From NCBI GenBank assembly GCA_963768855.1, contig CAVYJM010000021.1, positions 1 through 64,000 on the forward strand: a DNA stretch of 64,000 nt. Reading direction: 5' to 3'. Under the pieces are notes generated by a model. That model had not been told where the DNA came from. It saw only the letters and a list, made by a program, of their open reading frames with translations, and searched no databases. This document shows, in pieces, positions 56,149-64,000 of the stretch; within the stretch, counting starts at the first letter, position 1; every line of letters starts with the position of its first letter. This DNA is from an uncultured Thermoplasmata archaeon. GTDB taxonomy: Archaea; Thermoplasmatota; Thermoplasmata; RBG-16-68-12. The position numbers and the translations under genes were made by a program.

Positions 56149-57343
56149 CCCGCTTCTTCCGCCCGGGCGCCTTCGTGTACAGGTCCGACCGGCCCGTCAT
56201 CCGTTCCATGTATGCCTTGTCCAGGTCGTACACGAGCGGTTCCTGATTGCTGAACCGTCCTCGGGCCCAGGCGCGGGACCGGACGCCGAGCTGGGTGCGT
56301 TCGCACACGGCCCAGTCCTGGCGGTTGATCTCGTCCCACATGTCGACGGCATCGCTCGGGTCGAAGTCGGGCCTCGCCATGGTCTCCGGTTCGAAGTACC
56401 ACTCGCACTCGATCCGCGAGTGGGTCGGGCTCAGGGGCCAGTCGCGGTGAATCATCAGGTAGTCCGGGTGGACGCTGAAGAACATGTTCGGGAAGACGAC
56501 CCAGTAGTAGATCCGCTTCCGGTCGTCGTCGGTCATCCCCTTCAGAGGCGGCCGTTTCGTGTAGCCGGACACGGTCATCGAGGTGTAGTCGCCCGCGAAG
56601 GTCTGGAAGCCGCCGTTGATGTAGCCCGGCGTCGTCCCCCGCGCCATCCAGGCGTCGTTGTCCCCGGTGAAGTACGGCGTCACGCGGTTCAGCCCGGGGT
56701 GGATTGGGGCGCAGTGGTAGCACTCCGAGTAGTTCTCCGCGAGGATCTTCCAGTTCGCGTTCACCTCGTACACGTGCTTCGCGCCGAGGCGCAGGTCTGC
56801 GATGTCCCAGCGCTCCGTGCGCGTCAGGAGCGGACCGATCTGGTCCTTGAGGGGTTGCGCCTCCGGGTCCATGTTGGCCCAGATGAAACTGCCCCAGGTC
56901 TCCGTCTTGACGGGATAGAGCCCGAAGTCCTCCTTGTCGAAGTCCTCGAGCCCGTCCGTATGGGGAGCGCCGACGAGCTTGCCTTCCGTCGAGTACGTCC
57001 ACGCGTGGTACGGGCAGACGATCGAGCGGAGCTTCTCGCCGCGTTCCTCCGTGACGATGCGCGTGCCGCGATGGCGGCAGACGTTGTAGAATCCGCGGAC
57101 GCGGCTGTCGTTGCCCCGCACGAAAAGCAGGCTCTCCGTCCCGATGTCCCGCGTGAAGAAGTCGCCGGGGTTCGGGATCTGGGTGACGTGCCCGACGTTG
57201 AGCCAATTACGGAAGAAGAGCTTCTCCAACTCCTGCTGGAACACCCCCTCGTCGAAGTAGACAGCGCCGGGAGGGGTCCTCGCGGAGAGATGTTCATCTC
57301 CGGGTCTGGCGCGCGGGTTGTCACTGAACCGAACTCGCTCCAT
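56114..57343 (-). CDS. Rieske non-heme iron oxygenase alpha subunit (choline monooxygenase/GbcA-like group)
   Basis: Rieske CRHRG...CPYHAW. Iron centre NWK...ENYSECYHC...H. EINRQDW.VCE..Q.G. Confidence 0.92.
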   Translation of the reverse strand: MERVRFSDNPRARPGDEHLSARTPPGAVYFDEGVFQQELEKLFFRNWLNVGHVTQIPNPGDFFTRDIGTESLLFVRGNDSRVRGFYNVCRHRGTRIVTEERGEKLRSIVCPYHAWTYSTEGKLVGAPHTDGLEDFDKEDFGLYPVKTETWGSFIWANMDPEAQPLKDQIGPLLTRTERWDIADLRLGAKHVYEVNANWKILAENYSECYHCAPIHPGLNRVTPYFTGDNDAWMARGTTPGYINGGFQTFAGDYTSMTVSGYTKRPPLKGMTDDDRKRIYYWVVFPNMFFSVHPDYLMIHRDWPLSPTHSRIECEWYFEPETMARPDFDPSDAVDMWDEINRQDWAVCERTQLGVRSRAWARGRFSNQEPLVYDLDKAYMERMTGRSDLYTKAPGRKKRATPRKRRARGT

Positions 57344-57382
57344 AGGACTCCTCTGCTAGAGAGCGGAGGTAAAATTAAGAAC

Positions 57383-57398
57383 TTTCGGTGCACCGAAA
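57383..57398. promoter_or_regulatory. Perfect 16-bp palindrome next to the TATA box of the Rieske gene
   Basis: TTTCGGTGCACCGAAA lies immediately upstream, on the minus strand, of CTTAATTTTA (~57370-57379). Confidence 0.5.
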
Positions 57399-57539
57399 TC
57401 GGGCGAAACGCTCCATGTCCCTCATCGAGCGTTGTCTTTTCGCCAACGCACGAACGTCAGGGGAGGACTACCTTTTTCCGCCGGGGCGGGACCTTCGTCC
57501 TTTTCGACCGCCGTGCCGGAAACGCTTCTCCTTGGGGCG

Positions 57540-57557
57540 CGCGTCCTTCGGAGGACG
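57540..57557. other. GC hairpin in an intergenic region
   Basis: gcgtcct-tcgg-aggacgc; role unknown. Confidence 0.35.
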
Positions 57558-57607
57558 CTCCTTGCGTTTCATGCGGAGGAGACTACCGCGAGACTAGATG
57601 AACCCGC

Positions 57608-57979
57608 TCACGCAGTCCGGGTCGGCTCACTGGGTTGGGCTGGGTTCTTGTGGTGGAGACGCTCAACCTCGTGGACCACGACTTCGAACTCCTTCTTCGC
57701 CTCCATCTCGGCCAGCACGGTGATCATGCGCAGCCACATCGCAGGGTAGGCGACGAGCCACACCGCGGAGGCGACCAGGATCGTGAGGACCGAGCTCGGC
57801 AGCAGGTTCCCGAGGCCGACGTAGCCGAGCGCGCTGTGCAGCACGACCTGGGTCGCGATGCTCGATGCGGCGAGGAACGCGAGCAGTCGGAGCCGCTTCA
57901 CCCACCGGTCATGCATCGTCGTCTGGGCGACGCGGAAGAGGTCGTGGTACCAGTCCACCATCCGTCGGGCCAGGGCCAT
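57608..57979 (-). CDS. Small two-TM membrane protein
   Basis: MALARRMVDW...LLAFLAASSIATQVVL...VLTILVASAVWLVAYP. Confidence 0.6.
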   Translation of the reverse strand: MALARRMVDWYHDLFRVAQTTMHDRWVKRLRLLAFLAASSIATQVVLHSALGYVGLGNLLPSSVLTILVASAVWLVAYPAMWLRMITVLAEMEAKKEFEVVVHEVERLHHKNPAQPSEPTRTA

Positions 57980-58120
57980 GCCCTGCGCTACCCTTCCTCC
58001 GTAATAAAGCGTTCCAGTCGGATATCGTCTGCCGCCTGTTCGTCGACCCGAGGCGGTCCGGCTATTTCGTGCTTGTTCGGATGAAAGCCCATATGGCGGA
58101 GAGCCGTTCTCGGTCCGCCC

Positions 58121-58714
58121 ATGGACCCGCGCCGGCGTTCCGCACCGCCCTCGTTCCCCGTCCTCGAGACGGAGCGCCTCGTTCTCCGGGAGATCACCCC
58201 GGACGACGCGGGGTTCTGGCTCCGCAACTTCTCGGATCCCACGGTCGTGGAGCTGACCGCCTACGAGCCTCCCGCCGATCTCGAGGCGGCTAAGGCGGAG
58301 CTCATCCAGTACGGCGTCTGGCCGTTCGAGCAGGGCACGGGAATCCGGTGGGGCATCGCCCTCCGACCCTCCCCGGACCTCATCGGCACGCTCGGGTACC
58401 ACCAGTGGATGAAGGAGGGGGGTAACCATGCCCGGATCGGATACGACCTGCTCCCGGATTTCCGCCGCCGGGGCATCATGACCGAGGCGATGGAAGTGAT
58501 CCTGGCTTACGGGTTCGGGGCGATGAAGTTGAATCGCGCGGAGGTCCTCATCGATCCCGTGAACACGGCATCGATCCGACTCGTTGAGCGCCTGGGGTTC
58601 CACCGAGACGGCGTGCTGCGCGAGAACACGTACTTCCGTGGCCGTTTCGTCGACGATGCGGTCTACTCCCTCCTCGCGCGGGAGTGGCGGTCGAGGCCCG
58701 ACGCCAAGCGTTAA
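58121..58714 (+). CDS. GNAT acetyltransferase, RimJ-like
   Basis: LETERLVLR, IGYDL, RRRGIMTEA, N.ASIRL.ERLGF..DG.LRE. Confidence 0.88.
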   Translation: MDPRRRSAPPSFPVLETERLVLREITPDDAGFWLRNFSDPTVVELTAYEPPADLEAAKAELIQYGVWPFEQGTGIRWGIALRPSPDLIGTLGYHQWMKEGGNHARIGYDLLPDFRRRGIMTEAMEVILAYGFGAMKLNRAEVLIDPVNTASIRLVERLGFHRDGVLRENTYFRGRFVDDAVYSLLAREWRSRPDAKR

Positions 58715-58739
58715 GCTCGCCTCCCCCTGTCGCGGCCCG

Positions 58740-59309
58740 ATGGAGTTCGACCCGACGATCTCCGTCTCCGAGGACCCCGGGGTCTACCGCCCCGCAGAGG
58801 ACTCGCTCCTCCTGCTCCGGGCCATCTCCCTCACTCCCGGCGAACGCTTCCTCGAGGTCGGCACGGGGAGCGGGCTCATCGCGTTGCATGCGGCGCGCCG
58901 CGGCCCGGCCGTGGCGACGGACGCGAACTCCGAGGCGGTCCGTCTCGCGCGGTCCAACGCCCGCCAGAACGGCCTCCCCCTCGAGGTCGTGCGGACGAAC
59001 CTCATGGAGGGCATCCGCGGTCCCTTCGATGTAATCGCGTTCAACCCGCCCTACCTGGAAGGTGCGCCCGCGGATGACCTCGATCGATCCTGGGCCGGCG
59101 GTCACCAGGGGTCGGCCGTCTCCGTGCGGTTCCTCGCGGACCTCGACCGCCTCCTGGCTCGGGGAGGGCGCGCCTATGTTCTCCTGAGCCGGATGAACGA
59201 GGCCGCGAGGCGAGCCGCTGAACGGTTCCAGGTCCGTGTGGTATCCTCGCAGAAGCTCTTCTTCGAGGAGCTCGATGTGCTGGAGCTCAAGCCCCGAGAT
59301 CCTTCATGA
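58740..59309 (+). CDS. HemK2/MTQ2-type methyltransferase
   Basis: VYRPAEDS.LL, LEVGTGSG, FNPPYL. Confidence 0.88.
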   Translation: MEFDPTISVSEDPGVYRPAEDSLLLLRAISLTPGERFLEVGTGSGLIALHAARRGPAVATDANSEAVRLARSNARQNGLPLEVVRTNLMEGIRGPFDVIAFNPPYLEGAPADDLDRSWAGGHQGSAVSVRFLADLDRLLARGGRAYVLLSRMNEAARRAAERFQVRVVSSQKLFFEELDVLELKPRDPS

Positions 59310-60540
59310 GTCTCCCGGATTTCCAGATCATCCGGACGTTCTCGGGCTTCGTCAGGACCGCGAGGTCCTGTGCGGGGTTCTTCGCGATGACGAGGATGTC
59401 CGCGTCGTAGCCCTCCTTGAGCTGTCCGGATTTCGGTGCCTGCGGGCCGAGGGTCAGCGGCCCCGTCGCGGTGGCGGCCTCGATGGCCTGCAGCGGTTTC
59501 ATCCCCGCCTCCTGGAGGTTCGTCAGCTCGAAGGCGTTCTGGCCCCAGTCCGCATAGCCCGTGACGCCCGTCGTGATGATGTCCGTCCCCGCGGCGATCC
59601 GCACTCCCTTCCGGACCGCGAGCCGAAGCGCCTCCTCATGGCGTCCGACCACCGGGACGATTTTCCGGAGGATGTACTCGGGCGAGCCCATCGCCGCAGC
59701 GGACTTCGCGAGTCGGTCGATGATGAACCGCGTCGGCACGAGGATCGCCTTCTTCTGCAGAAGGAGGTCCGCGGCCTCCTCGTCCAGGTACGTCCCGTGC
59801 TCGATCGTCCTGCAGCCCGCCTCGAGGGCCGCCATGATGCCCGGCTTGCCGTGGCAGTGCGCGGCGACGATCCGCTCCGCGCGGCCCGCCTCCTCGACGA
59901 TCGCGCGGAGCTCCTCCATCGAGAATTCCTGGTGGATCGGATGGTCCACCTCGCTCGCGACGCCGCCCGAGGCGCAGATCTTGATCACTCGCGCGTTGAG
60001 GCGCAGCATGGACCGGACGGCCTTCAGGCACTCCGGCACGCCGTCGCACAGAGCGCTCATCATCGTGCGCTCGAGCACCTCCGTCGTGAAAGGAAGGGGC
60101 AGTGCGTGGAGGTCCCCGTGGCCTCCCGTCGGGCTGATCATCCCGCCCGCGGCGTAGACGTGAGGTCCCGGGATGCTCCCCTCGTCGATGGCCCGCGCGA
60201 GGTAGATGCCGAGCCCCGCGACCTCCCGTACGCTCGTGAATCCGGCCTGGAGGCACCGCCCCGCGTCGGCCGCGGCCCGGGCGGCGAGCACGGCGACCGG
60301 GGTGCGGGCGCCTTCCTCGACGTTCGTGGTCTTGAGCCCCATGAAGTGCCCGTGGCAGTCCCACATCCCCGGCATGACCGCAGGGACGCGGCGGGTCTTC
60401 GCGTCGGTGGGGGCCTTGGGGGCGCCCTCGATCGGGCCCGCATAGGTGATTGTGGTCCCCTCGAACACAACGCAGCCGTTCTTCACGACCTCCCCGCGGC
60501 CGGGGATCAGCACATCGGCCTCGATCCGCTCCAGACTCAT
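59287..60540 (-). CDS. Metal-dependent amidohydrolase (Xaa-Pro dipeptidase-like)
   Basis: PGMWDCHGH, GFTSVRE, TGGHGD, IKICASGG, AHCHG, IEHG, GTD, ADIL. Confidence 0.9.
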   Translation of the reverse strand: MSLERIEADVLIPGRGEVVKNGCVVFEGTTITYAGPIEGAPKAPTDAKTRRVPAVMPGMWDCHGHFMGLKTTNVEEGARTPVAVLAARAAADAGRCLQAGFTSVREVAGLGIYLARAIDEGSIPGPHVYAAGGMISPTGGHGDLHALPLPFTTEVLERTMMSALCDGVPECLKAVRSMLRLNARVIKICASGGVASEVDHPIHQEFSMEELRAIVEEAGRAERIVAAHCHGKPGIMAALEAGCRTIEHGTYLDEEAADLLLQKKAILVPTRFIIDRLAKSAAAMGSPEYILRKIVPVVGRHEEALRLAVRKGVRIAAGTDIITTGVTGYADWGQNAFELTNLQEAGMKPLQAIEAATATGPLTLGPQAPKSGQLKEGYDADILVIAKNPAQDLAVLTKPENVRMIWKSGRLMKDLGA

Positions 60541-60599
60541 TCCTCCCCCGCGGGGGAAACCGCGGGGGTCAATAAGAATTCGCTGAATCCACGCGGACC

Positions 60600-61169
60600 T
60601 CAGGATTCGTCGGCCTGTTGCTGCTCCGCGACCAGGTCCGCGATGGTCGGGTGGCCTACCCCGCCTCCGAGGGACTCGATGCGGTCCCCCGCGCCGACCT
60701 CACCCTCTTCGAGGACCCGCAGGTAGAACCCGGTGCGTCCGCTCGCGAGGAAGCGGTCGATGAGGTCCTCCCGCCCGAACTTGATGCCGAGCTTGTAGCA
60801 GGGGAACCGCGGCTTCGTGACCGCGAGGAGCGCAGACCCGATGCGGTACGTGTCCCCCACCCGGACCGCCGCCTCGGAGAGACCGGAGACGGTCAGGTTC
60901 TCCCCGAACGCGCCCCAGGGGAGCGGCGTCTCGGGCAGCTCGGCCTCCCAGAACGCGTAGTGCTCGCTCGGGTAGAGGTAGACCGCCTTGAGTGGGCCGC
61001 CATGGACCGCGAGATCAGCCTGTTCGTCGCCCTCGAGGCCGAGGGCCCGGACACGCACCCTCCGGGACACGGGCTCCTTGAAGATCCCCGTCCGGACGCT
61101 CCGTCCCTTCCACGGGACGGTTCGGCCGAGCGCGACGTTCACGGACAGGACTCGCCCTGCCTCGCTCAC
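60600..61169 (-). CDS. MOSC-domain (YiiM-like) protein
   Basis: GLEGDEQAD..VHGG..KAV, FGENL, QP-like KPRFPCYK, GFYLRVL..G. GTG start overlaps the upstream stop. Confidence 0.88.
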   Translation of the reverse strand: MSEAGRVLSVNVALGRTVPWKGRSVRTGIFKEPVSRRVRVRALGLEGDEQADLAVHGGPLKAVYLYPSEHYAFWEAELPETPLPWGAFGENLTVSGLSEAAVRVGDTYRIGSALLAVTKPRFPCYKLGIKFGREDLIDRFLASGRTGFYLRVLEEGEVGAGDRIESLGGGVGHPTIADLVAEQQQADES

Positions 61170-62140
61170 CGACCCAGCACCTTCTGGTCGAACGTGAACT
61201 TCGGGGAGCGGCCCCGGTCGTTCGCGAGATACCAGGCGTACGCCTCCGCGAGGCCCTTGGTCGGATCGGTGGGCTGGAAGCCCAGGCTCCGCTGCGCCTT
61301 TTCGATGCTGACGCGGAAGTCGACCTCCGCATCGAGGGTGGCGCCGAAGTACATCGAGGCCCCGATCGCGGTGCCGCCCGCCGCGCGGATCTTCTCGCGG
61401 GGCACGAACACCTTCTCGACGGGTCTCCCTGCCACGCGCGCGAGGAGGTCGATGAACTCGGCGTGGGTCACCGGTTCGGCGTCCGCGATATTGAACGCCT
61501 GCCCCTTGCCCGCGGGATTCTCGAGGCACTCGGCGAGCGCCCAGGCGACGTCCTTCGCGGCGGCCCAGTGGAAGAGGGTTCGCCCGCCGTCGGGTATGAT
61601 CACGGGCCGTCCAGCCACGATGCGGTCCCAGAACCACGCCTCGCGCGGGATGTTGTTCCAGGGTCCATAGACGAAGGGCGGGCGGATCACGGACACGTCG
61701 AAGCGCCCGCCGCGGTGCGCGTCGAAGAGATAGTCCTCCGCGGCGATCTTGTCCTCGCTGTACGAACCGAGGGAGGGATCCCGTGGCCCGTCCTCGGTGA
61801 AGGGCAACGGGCCATCTCGGTACACGGACACGGAGCTGAGGTAGACGTACTTCCTCGTCGTGCCCTCGAGCGCGTCCGCGACGTAGCCGATCTCCCGGGC
61901 GCCCGTCCCGGAGTCCCAGGCGTACGCGACGTCCACGACGCCATCGTAGCGAGTCCCGTGCAGCGCGTGCGAGACGGAGGATACGTCGAGGCGATCTCCG
62001 AGGACTTCCGTCACCTGATCGCCGAACGGGCTGGGTGTCTTCCCGCGATGGAAGACCGTGACCTGATGGCCGCGTGCGAGGAGTTCCTGGACCGTGTGGC
62101 GACCGATGAACCGCGTGCCCCCAATGACCAGGACCCGCAT
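61166..62140 (-). CDS. NAD-dependent epimerase/dehydratase family protein
   Basis: IGGTRFIG, YLSSVSVY, Y...K...E, RPPFVYGP. Confidence 0.88.
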   Translation of the reverse strand: MRVLVIGGTRFIGRHTVQELLARGHQVTVFHRGKTPSPFGDQVTEVLGDRLDVSSVSHALHGTRYDGVVDVAYAWDSGTGAREIGYVADALEGTTRKYVYLSSVSVYRDGPLPFTEDGPRDPSLGSYSEDKIAAEDYLFDAHRGGRFDVSVIRPPFVYGPWNNIPREAWFWDRIVAGRPVIIPDGGRTLFHWAAAKDVAWALAECLENPAGKGQAFNIADAEPVTHAEFIDLLARVAGRPVEKVFVPREKIRAAGGTAIGASMYFGATLDAEVDFRVSIEKAQRSLGFQPTDPTKGLAEAYAWYLANDRGRSPKFTFDQKVLGR

Positions 62141-62181
62141 CGGCGATGGCAGACCGCGCGTCGCACATCAAGCTTCGTTGT

Positions 62182-62571
62182 TCAGGTCCGGATGGCGGCG
62201 GATCGGGCGGGCCGTCGCCCGGCTCGCGCGGAGCGGAGCAGTCGCTTCACCGCGTCGACCTCCCTGTCCGCCGTCACCAAGGACACCATGCGCTCACACG
62301 TGATCGTGCTGTCCTCGTCACAGACGATGGAGTACCCGCGGGCGCTCAGCTGGGCGAGGTGCTCGCTGTGGTCCGCGAGCCGCTGCGGGCTCACGGAGGG
62401 TCGCTCGGGGAAAGGATCCAGGACGACCTCGATGAAGACGGCCGGTTTCCGGGCGGGAACCGTCCGCGCTCCCAGCCCAATCCGGAATCCCGGCCCCCGC
62501 GCCACCGAGGCGTACGCCTCGCCTTCGTCCGAATGCCGCGCCCGCTCCAGGAGCGACTTAGCGTTCACCAT
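62182..62571 (-). CDS. Hypothetical protein
   Basis: 129-aa ORF co-oriented between the permease and the epimerase genes. Confidence 0.55.
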   Translation of the reverse strand: MVNAKSLLERARHSDEGEAYASVARGPGFRIGLGARTVPARKPAVFIEVVLDPFPERPSVSPQRLADHSEHLAQLSARGYSIVCDEDSTITCERMVSLVTADREVDAVKRLLRSARAGRRPARSAAIRT

Positions 62572-62598
62572 GGGATGCGCCTCCAGGGGATGTCGCGC

Positions 62599-63768
62599 TC
62601 AGTCCTTCCCGAATCTTCGGAACAGGAGGATGCCCACGGCGAGGATGACGGTGCTCGCAAGGCTCACCATGGCGAGGTCGCCGAGGACCACGGCGTTCGA
62701 CGCAGGCACGCCGCGGAGGAACAGGTTCGTGAGCGCGTCCGTCACGTAGTACGCGGGAACGAACCGACCCGCGGTCGCCGTGACCGTCGAGGGCGCCATC
62801 CCGGACACGAAGGTCCCGAGGAACATCTGCGGGATGATGAACAGGAAGGCGATGCCCGTGGCGGCCGAGGAGGACTTCGCGAGCGTCGCCGTGATCAGGC
62901 CGAAGCCCACGCACGCCACTGCAAGGACCGACACGAGGAGGAAGGCCATCGCGAGTCCCGCGACGTCCGTGCTCGGGCGGTAGCCGATCGCGAAAGCCAC
63001 CGCAAAGACCAGTCCGACCTGGGCGACGCCAAGAACCATGTTCGACAGCACCTGGGAGGTCATGAACTCGGAGGGCGTCAGCGGAGTCGTGTTCAGTCGG
63101 CGGAGGCGCCCGTCCTCGCGGTCCGCGGAGAACGATCCGCCGACCGTCATTGTGATGAAGATGGCGCCGTAGGCGAAGACTCCGGGCACGAGGTAGTCGA
63201 AGGCGGCGCGGCGCGCGACGGCCACCAGGGCGGGGCTGCCGATCGTGATCGGCAGGGAGGCCGAGGCGCTCACGGTCCCTTCCAGGGTCCGCGCGAGGGC
63301 TTGGGCGACGATGGGCGGGATCGCCTGCGTCGCGACCATGGAGCCCTGATCCACGTAGAGCGCGAGGCTCGTGTAGATCCACGTGCTCGTGTTCCCCGGT
63401 GCGGCGCGGTACGCGTCCGCACTTGCGCCAAATTCCGCGGGGATGACCAAGACGGCCTGCAGGTTCCCGACCTGGAGGTCCGCCTGGGCCGTGTCGTTGG
63501 CCGCATACGCACGGGTCTGGAGGATCTGGGTCGCGGTCAGGTTCGCGACCAAGGCCGTGGACCAGTGCGCCGAAGGACCGGCGGCGTTCAGGTCGACGAT
63601 CCCCACCTGGTACGTGGTCGCACCGCTCCCGCCGATGCCGCCGAACGTGACGCCGAAGACGATCGTGAGCATCACGGGGAACAGGAGGATGATGAAGAGC
63701 GAGGCCGGCTCGCGCACGGTGTGCTTGAGATCCTTTCGGACGAGGGCGAAGACTCGCTGGCGGTTCAT
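62599..63768 (-). CDS. ABC-2 type transporter permease
   Basis: N-terminal TM, extracellular domain, YLVPG, DRE.G.LRRL.TTP, five C-terminal TMs. Confidence 0.9.
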   Translation of the reverse strand: MNRQRVFALVRKDLKHTVREPASLFIILLFPVMLTIVFGVTFGGIGGSGATTYQVGIVDLNAAGPSAHWSTALVANLTATQILQTRAYAANDTAQADLQVGNLQAVLVIPAEFGASADAYRAAPGNTSTWIYTSLALYVDQGSMVATQAIPPIVAQALARTLEGTVSASASLPITIGSPALVAVARRAAFDYLVPGVFAYGAIFITMTVGGSFSADREDGRLRRLNTTPLTPSEFMTSQVLSNMVLGVAQVGLVFAVAFAIGYRPSTDVAGLAMAFLLVSVLAVACVGFGLITATLAKSSSAATGIAFLFIIPQMFLGTFVSGMAPSTVTATAGRFVPAYYVTDALTNLFLRGVPASNAVVLGDLAMVSLASTVILAVGILLFRRFGKD

Positions 63769-63769
63769 C

Positions 63770-64000
63770 TCACATCCCCTCCCGGATCCGGCGGCCCGTG
63801 AGCTTGAGGAAGACCTCCTCGAGATCCTTCGCGCCGTTCTGCTCCCGCAACTCGGCGGGCGTCCCGAGGGCGATGAGCTTCCCGTGGTCGATGATCGCGA
63901 CGCGGTCGCACAGGGCCTCGGCCTCCTCCATGTAGTGGGTCGTGAGGACGACGGTCCGCCGCCGCTCTTTGAGGCCGCGGATGAACTCCCAGACCGCGTG
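63770..64000 (-). CDS. ABC transporter ATP-binding protein, 3' part (window edge)
   Basis: [43 protein letters not shown]...[10 protein letters not shown]. Confidence 0.92.
   Translation of the reverse strand, partial: HAVWEFIRGLKERRRTVVLTTHYMEEAEALCDRVAIIDHGKLIALGTPAELREQNGAKDLEEVFLKLTGRRIREGM

Noticed and set aside
60545-60568. GC palindrome cccccgcggggg / ccccgcgg-gggaaa-ccgcgggg before the amidohydrolase start
   Set aside because: Single low-complexity GC stem, likely by chance at this GC content.

Overview
The window looks like two unrelated sequences joined at about position 1627. Bases 1-1627 are a lower-GC bacterial fragment. It holds the end of an ADP-forming acyl-CoA ligase alpha gene, a frameshifted beta subunit, REP-like palindromic repeats and the start of a DUF2971-like gene. 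Bases ~1628-64000 are a gene-dense, very GC-rich archaeal chromosome segment, probably Thermoplasmata (taxon is an inference). Archaeal markers are an archaeal ThrRS, PurP, split GMP synthase, PAC2, a Rib7-type reductase, archaeal asparagine synthetase A, and TATA boxes about 25 nt upstream of start codons. Most genes are housekeeping: ftsZ (5' truncated by the junction), thrS, folP, purP, carAB, guaA A/B, purE, ahcY, serA, rtcA, tRNA-Gly(CCC) and transporters. The most interesting items are: (1) a catabolic island at ~47.3-57.4 kb with three PYROXD2/CrtI-like flavoproteins, a GcvT-type folate-binding protein, a double SRPBCC protein, a lysine-6-dehydrogenase-like enzyme and a Rieske demethylase-type oxygenase, which I hypothesise is an uncharacterised N-demethylation pathway; (2) an orphan three-hairpin homolog of the A/V-ATPase c/K proteolipid; (3) a solo TnpB with Gln at the RuvC-III catalytic Asp position, next to tRNA-Gly; (4) a GrpB-DNA polymerase IV fusion behind DUF72; (5) an unannotated 52-aa zinc-ribbon protein upstream of a stand-alone LON-N domain gene. 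All family calls come from motif recognition by eye; no searches were run.
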